A DNA stretch of 64,000 bases from Elusimicrobia bacterium RIFCSPLOWO2_02_FULL_39_32 (GTDB lineage: Bacteria; Elusimicrobiota; Elusimicrobia; 2-02-FULL-39-32): contig MGUU01000024.1 of assembly GCA_001800135.1 (NCBI GenBank), positions 31,844 through 95,843 on the forward strand, read 5' to 3'. A model generated the notes under the pieces. It was not told the origin of the DNA. It saw only the letters and a program-made list of their open reading frames with translations, and did not search any database. Shown here in pieces: positions 31,201-43,200 of this stretch. Position numbers and translations under genes: made by a program. Within the stretch, counting starts at the first letter, position 1, and each line of letters opens with the position of its first letter.

Positions 31201-34200
31201 AAAAAATATTCGATTGGTGGAAAAAAATAATTCCTTCAAAATCTAACTACGGTTGGGACGTAACGATCAGAATAAAAAAAGAACAACCTCAACAACAACT
31301 TATTACTGCTGTCGCAAAAGCCAAAGATAGAACAAGTGGCGTTAAAGCAGAGGACCTGCCTTTAGTGGCATTGGCGGATTTGGTGGCAACAGATATGGTC
31401 AGGGCTCATATCCCTCCAGAAAAATTTGCGGAAAAAGCAGAAGAATATACGATTGCAAGAATTTATGCGCTTTCTAAAATGGATCCGAAATGGTTAGAAG
31501 AAGCTCGAGATTTTACAATAACTAAAAATTTAAAATTAATCTATACGTTACTTCAGACTGCAACTATAAACTGGGGGGCTGAACCCCAAGTTCAGCTTGC
31601 AGGCTTGATAAAAGCTTATTTTAAAAGTAAAGATTTTAAAGCTCTGCTTCCTCAATTTAAGAAAGAATACGATCATGTCCCATCTAATTTTTCTCAGTGG
31701 TTAAATAAAAATAAGAAAATAGTTCTTTCAAAAAGATTTAAGAAAGGTGAATTATCTAAAATTGTCAGCCGCATTACAGGGTTTAACCCAGAAATTATTA
31801 AAGACCGCACCTCAGTTCTTTTACTTCCCTTTGTTCATTACGCAATGTCAGTTTGTGAGATTGTGAACCCGGATCATAAAGATTTAGTGGGACTCTATGG
31901 CGGAGCAGGCGCTGATATTTCTTCCTTCCTGCTTTCAACAGACGCAGGCACAGGGTATTTTGTTACAAACAATAGCGTGGATGTCCATAAATTACAATCC
32001 TATTTAAGGGAATGGGATTCTAAAACAGTCGAGTCTGATTATACTGACCAGGAGTACACTTACAAAAAACGTTTGAGGGGTTTTGGAGAGGGCGCTTTTT
32101 TACAAAACAGTCCTGAAAACATTTATTGGGCAATTGCAGCTGAACTTAAAAGCATGGGAGTAGAACTGAATGCCATTGAGGTTGAACTAGATCAAGGAGA
32201 TACAAAATTAAGTTTCAACTGGGCACATCCGGTTACTAATAAAAATCGTAAATATACAATTTTTTATATTAATTCTAATGTTGAAAGTATTGGCAATGGA
32301 ACAGGGGACAATAATCTTTTAAATAAAATTTTAGATTCAGGCATTGATTTTTATTACGAAAAAGCAGGGATGAACATTCATAAAAGTTGGGGGAAATTTC
32401 TTCCCCGCATTGCAGAAGCTATTAAATTAGATGGAATGGTTATTATTTGCGATTTTGACGGAGATGAAAGACCAATAGACTCAATGCCGCATTTACAAAA
32501 ATTAGGCTCAAAGTTTACTAGTTGGGGAGAATCCCTTTCCATGCGCTGGTGGCGCATGTTTATTCCTTCTCATTCCGGTTATGGATGGGAAGTTAAAATT
32601 AGAAAAAAAATAAGAAATTCCATTGCGATACAATTTGATACAACTGAATGGGATAGCGAACTATTAGAGTTTTACAAGCTGGGAGAAATAGAAAAATTGC
32701 AGAAAATTGTATTAGAAGAATCTGGTCTAAGGCGGATGGGGCAGGCCATGAAAGCGTTTGAATATTTTCTTCAAGAAGATTTAAGCACTGATTTTGGCAA
32801 AACTTTATTTTCGAGCATTCATGAAATTAACAGTAAAAAACCTTTAGCAATTTCTCAATCCCTTGTTTCAGTTTTGGAAGATGTGTTAAGGCGCGGGAAA
32901 CTGAGCGACATCAATTCTGAACAGGTGATAAAATTATTGATGTGGATTATGATGCAACAGCCGCATTTGATTAGCGAATCCATTCGGGAAACATTAGAAA
33001 TTCTGCTGGAAAGAAAAAATCTCAGTTCTCTTGAATTTAACGCGATTGAGAATCTTATTAGCTTAGCAATAGCCAAAAAACGACCGGATAGAATCTCATC
33101 CTTGTTCGTTTTTGCTGCGGTGAACATTCTCAATACTGACAATATTTTTTGGGATCGTCCTAGCAAATGGTTTAAAAAAAGTAGGAGGGACAGCCTTTTT
33201 TATTCTTCCGCATGCGATATTTTAAAAACCATTGCAAAACATAGGCCAGAGCTAATTTTTGATCCAATGATTGTTAGAGCTTTAGAAAGAGTTTTTTCAT
33301 ATGATGAGCTTGAACCTTATGTGGTTTCAGCCGCAGCCCAGGCGATTGAAGCTATTTTCCAGATCCATCCAGATTTTATTAATGCCAATACTCTTTCTGT
33401 ATTGAATAGTTTCATTCATACTGCGAAAAGAAAGAAATTAGAAAGTTATGCAACCCGCCATATTAATCATGCTATTTTAGAAATTATTAAAAAAAGAGGC
33501 AATTTATTATTTAATCCCGATTTATTGTCCACACAAGAAGAAATATTGCGCACTAATGGGCATGAAGATGAAGTCTATAAAAGCGCTGCTGAGTTTATTG
33601 ATATCATTGCTGAAAATCGCTCTTCCTCTATTCAGGTATCAACAGTTGAATCTTTAATTCAATCTTTACAGAGAAAACAGTATGTAGAGGCTCATTTTGT
33701 TGGTAAAGACGAATCAACAACTAATTATGGCATGGTATTAGGCGCTTTGATGCGGATTTTAAAATCTCGTCCTGATCTTGTGGAATTAGAAAGATTAGTT
33801 GAAGCAGTTTGTAAATTTCTAAAGAATTCCGAACGCCTCTATCCCGTTGGCTTTAGCATACTTAAACAGATCACCTTAAAAGCGCCGGCAATTTTGCAAT
33901 CAAACCACATAAAAATATTAGAAAAGCACGCTAGAAGACTTTTAGGTAAAGAAACGGCTCATTACAGTCAATTTCTTAAACCCATTGCTGATTGTTTTAA
34001 AGAAGTTTCAAGAGCCAGAGCTGATCTTATCCAATTGTCCACTGTATCGCTTTTATTCAACCTTTTAAAAATTAAGGACCTTCGTAAAGAAACTTATATG
34101 GCAGTCTTAGACACTTTTAAAAATTTAATTCAGAAAAGACCAGAATTTAATAAAGAAATATTTTTTGCATTAGAGTACTTAATGATGCAAAAAAGGCACG

Positions 34201-37200
34201 AAGCAGAAGAATACCGCTATGCCGCTCGCTTAATGAAAAAAATAATAAAAGCCGAACCAAAATTAGAAAATGGGAGTGTGTTATACCCTATTATAAAAAT
34301 ATTGCCGGAAAAAATATTAGGCCATCCCTTTCATCATTGGCGTATCTATACTGACAATTATTTTAGAGCTTGGATGGAAAAAGTTCAGTCAAATAGTGAG
34401 GCTTATTCGGTTTCTAACGCGGTTTATGAACTTTTAACGTTTTCTAACCTTCGTCTTTCCAAACAAAACATTAAAAAAGGTTTAGATTTGATTTTAATTT
34501 TGAGAAGCGTTTTATCTGTACCTCATCCAGATAACTTAATGTATGGACCCAATGTGACTGCCATCAATATCTTGCATCAAGATGAAGAGTACAGAAAAGA
34601 GAGAATGGAAACGGTTCAGATTTTGGCGCGCGTTAAACCAGAACAGATCAAAACATTCAAAGGATTTGAACAAAAAGAGAATGCTTTAGAAGCGATCAGA
34701 CAAAGCAAAGGTCCAACAACTATCTATATTCATGCGCATGGGGATGGGGAGGGATTTAGTTTGGATAGTAAAGAAGTAAGTTCTCAAAATACTGCCAATG
34801 ACCAGAAACGCCCTATTGATGAACCTTATTCTATCAGTCACCGCGAGTTAGTAGATACTCTTCTAGAAAGAGGAAATTTAAGTGAAGTTAAGATCATATT
34901 TGATTGTTGTTATCCACGCGATCTATCCAGGACTTTTATTAGTTATCTAACTGAAAGGTGTGTGTCCGATCCTGATATAAGAGCCGGATCTCCTTTTATT
35001 ATTACTGCAAATGGTGAAGGCAGATTTATTTATACTGGGATATTCGCAGAAGGCTTAAGAAGCGTGCAAAAAGCAGGCCGTTCACTATATGTGGATGATA
35101 TTTTTAAAGCTGAAGATGTTATGTTTGAATATGAAGATCCTATTATTTTGTTGCCGATTGGCAGCTCATTGTTTGAATATATGCAATCAAAAATACCAAA
35201 AATTCTTTATTCACCGCTCTTAAATATAGGCGCTATTTTTGGAAAAAAGCACAAAGATACAGCGCATTATTGGGAGTGGGTGTATCAGACACCTGTTCTA
35301 TCTATTTTTTCAAATGCGATCGCGCGTATGGTTGGGAAGAAATTAGGAGTCAAAAGAATTGAGGATCATTTAGGAGAAGCCCCTTACTCTAAAACAATCA
35401 GCCTCATTAGCTCTCTAGTTTTGATCAGTAGTTTTTTAACAGGTCACAATCTCATCATTATCGCCGCATCTGTTTTATGGTCTTTAGCCAGCGGCTATGT
35501 TTTTAGCGGAGCTCACAAAGGAAGGGAAAGCTTTAATTTGCAGGTGGTTGGTTCAATTTTAGCAGGAGTGACAATCGCTCCTGCTATTTTATTTTCTTTG
35601 ACTCTTAATTGGCTTGGCTTAGAATTACCATTCGTGGTTAGCGCAATAACTTATGTATTTCTCCTCGTGCTCGGGATGTTCTGGAATATTCATCTCCATA
35701 AGGAATATAACGAAAATATTGATGAAATATCTCAATGGCTGAAAAAAAATAGTCCTCATTCATTTAAGCGTTTCCTGCCATCTCATCTTAGTCCTGCTAT
35801 AATTTTTTCTGAACCCAGTAGATTAAAACAAGTTGAATGGGTTAAGAAATTGCATTTAGAAGAAAATAGAAATTTGATTAATCCTATGGAATTAGCTCTG
35901 GCTGATTTAATGGACTATCTAGATGCTGAGAGTTTTTTTGAAGAGTACTGGTGGTGGAAAAATTATTTAAGCGTTCCTGAAAGTTACCAATTTTCTGAAG
36001 ATGATTTGACTAGAGCGTTTAATTCATACTTAACAGAATTAGATGAAGCCGATCAATTAATTAAAATTGATCTCAATGGAACTGAACTGGACGACTTTAA
36101 ACTTTTTCTTCTTTTAAATCAGGTAGAAATTTTAAAGTCAAGAATAAAATTAAGATGGAGAGAATTTGGTTTATCTCACATCAATCGAGTTGTTTATCAA
36201 AGGACAGGAAGAGTTTTTCCTATTGACGTAATGATTTCCAATCTAAATGAATTAAACCCATATAGAGATCCGTCAGAGTCTAATTCAATTCCTGAAGAAT
36301 TAAATTCCTTATTTGCTAAGCATGAAGATTTTCCACATTTTGTGGAAAGATCCATGATTTCATATTTCGGTCCTTTATCTTCACTCCAAGAAAGATTGCA
36401 AATAGAACTTAAGCAAAGGATCCTTGCGGATCCTGCTCTTATTCATAAATTGGTTCGCTTAAGCTCTGAACAGTTTTTTATGTTATCGGATCCAATCATG
36501 GATTGGATTTTGAATATTAATAGTGAGCGGGTGGAGATCACTACGGGTCATAGAGTTCTTCAAGATGGTTTTGAAACAGAGCAGGTAACCTATGAAGGAA
36601 CACCTTATCATAAAATCAGGGAACTCCTTCCTGCTTTAAACCTTAGCTCATCCGATACTCTTTATGATTTAGGTTCTGGTTACGGCCGTTTGCCGCTTTA
36701 TACAGCAATTACCACAAAGGTAGGAAAAGTAAAAGGAATTGAAATATCTCCTGAAAGAGTCGCTGAAAGCGATCAAGTAAAAGATCAGTTGGGATTAGAG
36801 AATGTTGAATTTGTTCAAGTAAATATCAGAGATTACGATTTTAGCGATGGAACTGTATTTTATTTATTTAACCCTTTTAACGATCAAACTTTAGAAATTG
36901 TGGTTAATAAATTAAAAGAGATGGCTCAGAAAAAAAAGATACGGATTATTTCTTGGGGAAGATCTACATCTTATTTTAACCAGCAAGATTGGCTAAAACT
37001 TGTTGCCACAGTTGGCTCTGGCCCGTGGCCAATGGTGCTTTATGAATCCATGTTTCATAGCGCGAATCCAGAAGTGAATGTATTAGAATCAAAAATTTTA
37101 TCCCAAAAGATCATAAAAGGAATTTTACATTTAGAAAGCTTTTTGGATGATCCGGACCCAGACGTGCGGCGCATGGCAAACGATGTAGCTCAAAGAATTC

Positions 37201-40200
37201 AAGCTGCTTTCATGCTTAAGGAAGATACTCCTTCACCAAGTTCAATATTGGAAGATGAAGAATTGAAGACTGCGGAACAGAGCCTAAAATCACATGATGA
37301 AGAAGCGAGATGCCGAGCTGTGCTTTCACTAAAAAAACATTACCTTGCGATGATTGCAGGGGGAAAAATTCCAGATCTTACTTTGATTGAAGAAAGACTT
37401 TCTGATCCTGATTTTTCTGTTCGAAGAACAGCCGCAATCGCTTTAGGTTACCTCTATTACATGCTAAAGAAAGAAATTTCCCAATTAGAAAAATATTTAG
37501 AAGATGATGAATGGCGCCGCATCATAGGCGTGATTGCATTAGGGGAGATATTTGCTTCTAATATTAGAGAAGGAAAAGTGTTGGAGGAAGACTTTCAAAA
37601 ATATCTTCTTTGGAAGGCGAATAGCCTTCCTTATCAAGAAGAGTTAGTAACTGACTACTTAGAATCAGAAGAACCAAAAAGTTTTATTGATGCTCTTAAA
37701 AGAAAAGCGGAAAAGATTATTCGCGAAGGTTTTAACTATAACCATTCACAAAATTTATGGCTGGCTTTTCTTGGCATTCGATTTAATGGCATTCATGTGA
37801 GCTGGAAGGATTATAGTGAAAGGATGGAAGATGTGATTGAGCTGGATCAAGAGTTACCCGGCTCTTTTCGCGCGCTCTTCTCTAAAACTAAAGGGTTAAA
37901 ACCAATTGAAATCAGCCATAAAGAATCAAAACAGATTGACGCGAGTCAAGTTAATACGCAGATTTTAGATGAACATCTTCAAGAGTTATTAGAAATAAAA
38001 GAACGGATAGATAGCCTTCATTGGCTAAAGGATTTTCAGGGAGACAAAGATTTTAATTTGCGCAATCTCTATTTTATATTTAAGCGCGAGCAAGCGATTG
38101 ACCGCGGTGAAATTAAAAGAGCTGGGAGGTACAGGGTTCTTTACCCTTCTGAAAAAAAGTTGGCGGCGGAATTAAAGACCGACCTTAAACTTTTATATAA
38201 AGTTTTGTTCCAGCTCGCGCATAAAAAAATAGGGAATGAAGCCCTAAGGGATAAATGCGTAAGTCTTATGAGGGATTTAACTTTATCAGAAGCGCTATCA
38301 AACAGGGATCTGGCAAGTGAAATGATGTCGTCTAATATTGAAACCAGAATCATTGCAATTAAGAATTTTTATGAAGATTCTATCCATCACTTGCCGAACC
38401 ATGCGGTCGGTCTAAATGCAAAACAAATTAAATCTTTAGATAAAAGTATTAAAGAACTTTCAAAAGCAGTTTATGCTGAAATAAAAAAAGTTATTTACTT
38501 TGAAACAACTAGCAATGATACCTACCGTTTGATTCCGCAAGGGTTCCTAAGTTTATTTAGAGGGCGATCTGGAATTATTGATTGTTCATTTGATAGAGAG
38601 CGCGGATTCCCGCATACTCGCGCCATGCACGAAGATACCCTTTACTATTTTGTCTATAAAGGCCAAGAACTAAAAGGGTATGTTGGCTTAATGATTGGAA
38701 TAAGAGATGATGGTGAAAAAGTCTTAACTATTGATACGATTAACTCTCCTTCTCTTAACAATGAAGAGATTCTAATAAATCTTTTTAACGAACTTCACAA
38801 GGTCGCGCAAGAATTAGGGGCCATTGGAATTGCGCTGCCACAAAACATTGAAAATGCTCAATACTTTAATTTTGAAAATAAAGACGTGATTCCTAAAATG
38901 AGTTTGTATAAGAACGGTAAAAAAATTAAGTTAAAGCCAGTCCATGACGAAAGCTGGAGCGTTTTTACGGAAAAGTTTGGGGAAGACCGCTACAACAGCA
39001 TGGAAGCAGGAGATTTTATACTGTTAGATTTAGCAGACTTAGCAAACAGAGAAACCAATGCTGTAACGCATCTGAGAATAAAAGAAGAAATGAGTTCCTT
39101 TCTTTCCAATAGTTCTAAAAATAAAGAGGAGATTGAGAACTATCTCACTGAATTCAAACGGGATGGCGAACCATTATTTAAAAGATCAGATATTAAAAGA
39201 ATACTGGAGTTATCTTGGATAAAGTTGGCAAAAAGAGCGGCATTATTGGAATTTTTGATTTTGTTTCAAATTGATAATCGGTTTGTGTTTAATGGCAATC
39301 AAATAGCCAGGATCATGGATAATGCAAAGAGTCCGGAAGTTATTATTAGAACCATTAGGTTCCTTGTTCAAGAAAGTTTTTCAGACGGAGCTCATATAAG
39401 CTCAATTGTAAGTCATCCAAGGAATTTAAAGCAAATTAAGAGATTTATAAATTATTTAGTTCAAGCAGCCATTGAAGATAAATCTCATATGGCTCAAATT
39501 ATGAGTAGTTCCATGAATTTAAAAGAGGTTAAGAAATTCATTGCTCGTCTTTACAAATTAGGGTTTACAAACAGTTCTCACCTGAGCCAAATTTTAGGAA
39601 GTTCAAAAGAGCTAACAACCATTAATGACTTTGTCACTTTTCTAAATGGGTTAGGGATTCTGGATAGCGCTCAAATTTCAAGAATTATCAGGAGAGAAAG
39701 ATATCTTGCCGGTATAAAAAAAGTTGTTGATACCCTTAAAGCTGAAGGAATTCTAGATAAGTTTCAGATCAGGTCTGTTGTGCGAAGCACGATCACCCCA
39801 GCCCACATTAAGCGTTTATTAAATCAAATTGAGAGAATGGGACTAAGTGAAATTGAAAGAAGGTATGGAAAAGATAATCAAGGTCAGTTGGAATTTTATA
39901 GCGCCATCTTTCCAGAAGAACTTTCAAAAATGTCCTTATCAATTCTCTACCTAGTTTTACCAAAAGCGATTAGAAATAATAAAAGAATACTCTGGACAAA
40001 ATTATCCTGCAGTTATAATGATGCAAAAATACTGACAGAAATGAATATAAATAATAGGGGAGAAATTCATGTTGCTAATTTAATATTTCCGTTTCAAGAT
40101 TATAAAGGATATGAAGGATTCACTCGCCTCATCAGTAAAATAAGAATTCAATCAAATACGCTTTTATCTAAATTAGATCCTGCTAAATATTTGTCTAGCG

Positions 40201-43200
40201 TTCCAGATCATATTCGCAAGGAGATGCACTGGTATTATTCCCCCATTCTTTATCTGCTTCAAGACTCTATTCATGGTGAAGAAGATTTTACGGATTCAAG
40301 CATCTTAGGCGCAGGCGATAAAAATGAAGAAACTATAGTTTTAGGCAGGATGAAAGAAGTATTGGGAGAGAATGATTATCATGCTTTAATGGAGCTTCTT
40401 CGCAATCCAAAGCGAACTGCTCAAGAAAGAGAAAAGTACAAAGGACTAATTAGATTGAGCAGAGTAAGGATAGGGTTAGAGACAACTAAGAGATTAAAAG
40501 CCGGGATTATTCCAGAGGTTGAAGATTGGTGGATGAAACATTTTCCTAAAACTCCAAAACCTGTTTATCGGCTTATGATAGCCCCTCTTTTTACAGAGGG
40601 ATCTTGGTTAAATTTAGCTCCGCTTTTAGCAGGAGAACTGTTATTACAGGCGGGGCTTGGCATTGTTCCAACCGGTGTTTTAACATTTTTGCTCAATATT
40701 CTTGTGGGAGCGCGATTTATTGCTTTGCATCCTGCTGGCTCACGCGCTATTCCTATTTTTATCGTTGTCATGAATAGTATCGCACTTCTATATTTTTATC
40801 CTTTTGTTCAGTGGCATTCCAAAGAGATCGTGCTTTTTAATGCTTATTTAGGAGGTATTTTCACCCATATACTTTTGAATGCGTTTCAAATGATAATGGA
40901 TTGGGCTTCTGACGATAACTATAGGAATTATTTATCTAATGAACTGGATAAGCATAAAAGAGATATTGCAATTGGCAGGCAGAGATTTAGATCAGAGTCA
41001 GCTATAAGCAGCGGTCTAAGAGAACCAAATCAGACCCATGCGTTGACCCAGCCAGAGATGCTCTCTCAATTCCTAAGCCGTTATCCTCAAATGGAAAGAG
41101 CATACAGCAGAAGTTTTATTGAAAGGCATTGGCATGCTTTTCAATCTTTGCATTTAATTGCGGGAAAATATGCGGATTCTATATTTTTTGTTGCATTGCC
41201 GGCGTTAAGCCGCTTGGTAACCAAAAATAATATCAAGGAGGTAGGAGATCATCTAATCCTACTTGGGGAAAGAGCCGGAGAAGATTATGAAACTGTTTAC
41301 TATACTTTAGCTGCTCTAAAAGAAATTATTACATTACAAAACCTAAATTCTATATCAGAAGAGACTCTTTTTCTAAATAAATCAGCAAAAGGGAATGCCG
41401 GTCCAATTTTAAGTTTTGCGCTTTATTCGCTTAGAGAAATAATTACACCAAACAATTTTTCAACTGTTGGCGCTGAACTAATCGCCCTGCATCGTTTAGG
41501 AACTAAGAATTCTGGCGCATATTTTTGGATTTCGTTCCTTGCAGTAAGCAGGATTACAACTCCAAAAAATTTGAGATCTGTTTGCCTTGATCTTTTTCTT
41601 TTAGACAAATCTGCCGGAGAGGATGCTCGAATTCTATTTGAAACAGGATTTTTATCAATTAGAGATATGATTACCGCGGAAAATTTAATGAAAATCGGAC
41701 TTGATCTAATCATATTATTAAGAGCCGCAAAACAATATAAAAGATTTCTATTTAATAATATCATCCCAGCGCTAAAGGTTGAATATGGAGAAAGATGGAA
41801 CAAATTAAACTGGGAAGATATTAAGAATCGTATTCTAAAGACATTAGAGGATATTCACAATGGCGTACTAAATACAGCTATTTTTAAAAAGAATACGCAT
41901 GATGTCATTCAAAGAGAGGATGTTTTAACTTATCAGAGGAATAAACCAATTGATATTACAGATCCTATGGTACGACAGCTTTTAAAAAACAAAATAGAAG
42001 ATTCAGCGTATAGAACTGCTGTTCTCAACCAGTTTTATCTCTCTGAAGCATGTGAATATTTTGATTCTCTTGTTAAAGAAGACATGTGGAATAGTTTAGG
42101 AGCTTGGAAATTTTTAAAAGAGATTTATCGAAGATTTGGTTCTCTTAAAGGGAAAACAGTCATAGATTTGTATGCAGGCCCAGGGGTTGGAGTCGAGCAA
42201 TTAATTCGTTTAGGCAGTGTTAATGCAATAGGCATTGAAACAGATCCAAGATTTGTAGAATTTGCCAAGCAATTTGGAATTCCTATTATACATGGCAGCT
42301 TATTAAAAGAAGAACTTAAAACAGCTGTTGAAGAATTGATTGGGAATAGGAAAGTCTCTTTAACTTTTTCTTATGGTCTTTTAAATAATATATCGAATAG
42401 GAAAAAAAGATTAAAGATTTTGCGCTCTATTTCTTCTCTTACTCCAGTAGGCTCTTTTAGCATTCATGGCACAAAGCATCGCATCCCAACTACTAATGAG
42501 GAGTTTAAAAGCGCAGGCTTTAGGATCATTGAAATCAATAGAGAACGGACATTTGTAGTTTTGTTTAAAGAAAATGAACCAGAAGATTGGGATGCTATTG
42601 GCTTTAATCCTTTATTTGATGATACTGAGAAACCAGAAGATGACAAAGAAGATAGAAACAGCGATAAAACTGATGAATCCTCTGTTAATGCTATTCTGAG
42701 CGCAACCATTTCAGCTCTACCTATTTTTCTTGAGCCTATAACCTCTTCTTCTTTTTATTTTGGGCAGAACTCATGGGATAGATTGACTTTAGAAACCCAG
42801 AAGTCATTGAGAAGGTCATTTGGTACAGAGCCATCATCTAATGTTTCTATTTCTCAATGGCTTGGCAGCAGATTGGCGATAGGAGCAAGAATCAATAAAA
42901 ATCCGCTCGCCATCCACTTGCTTAGTGAAAAGATAAATTTTGCGCGTTCACTATTAGAATGGAAACAATTAGATATAAACGAAATAATAGGAAACGCATT
43001 TACATTATTTAGAAAACCCAACTGGGCATTCGTTAAAACTCCTAACATGATATTTCAGATGGGAGGAACTCTATTTAGGGAAAATAGTTCTGCTTCAAAT
43101 GTTCAAAGCAGCATTGAGATGCTGGCTAGGAATTTGAATGAAAAGGCTCCAGAGGTTATCAATCAAAAAGATTCAATAAAAATTACAGTAAGCTATCATG

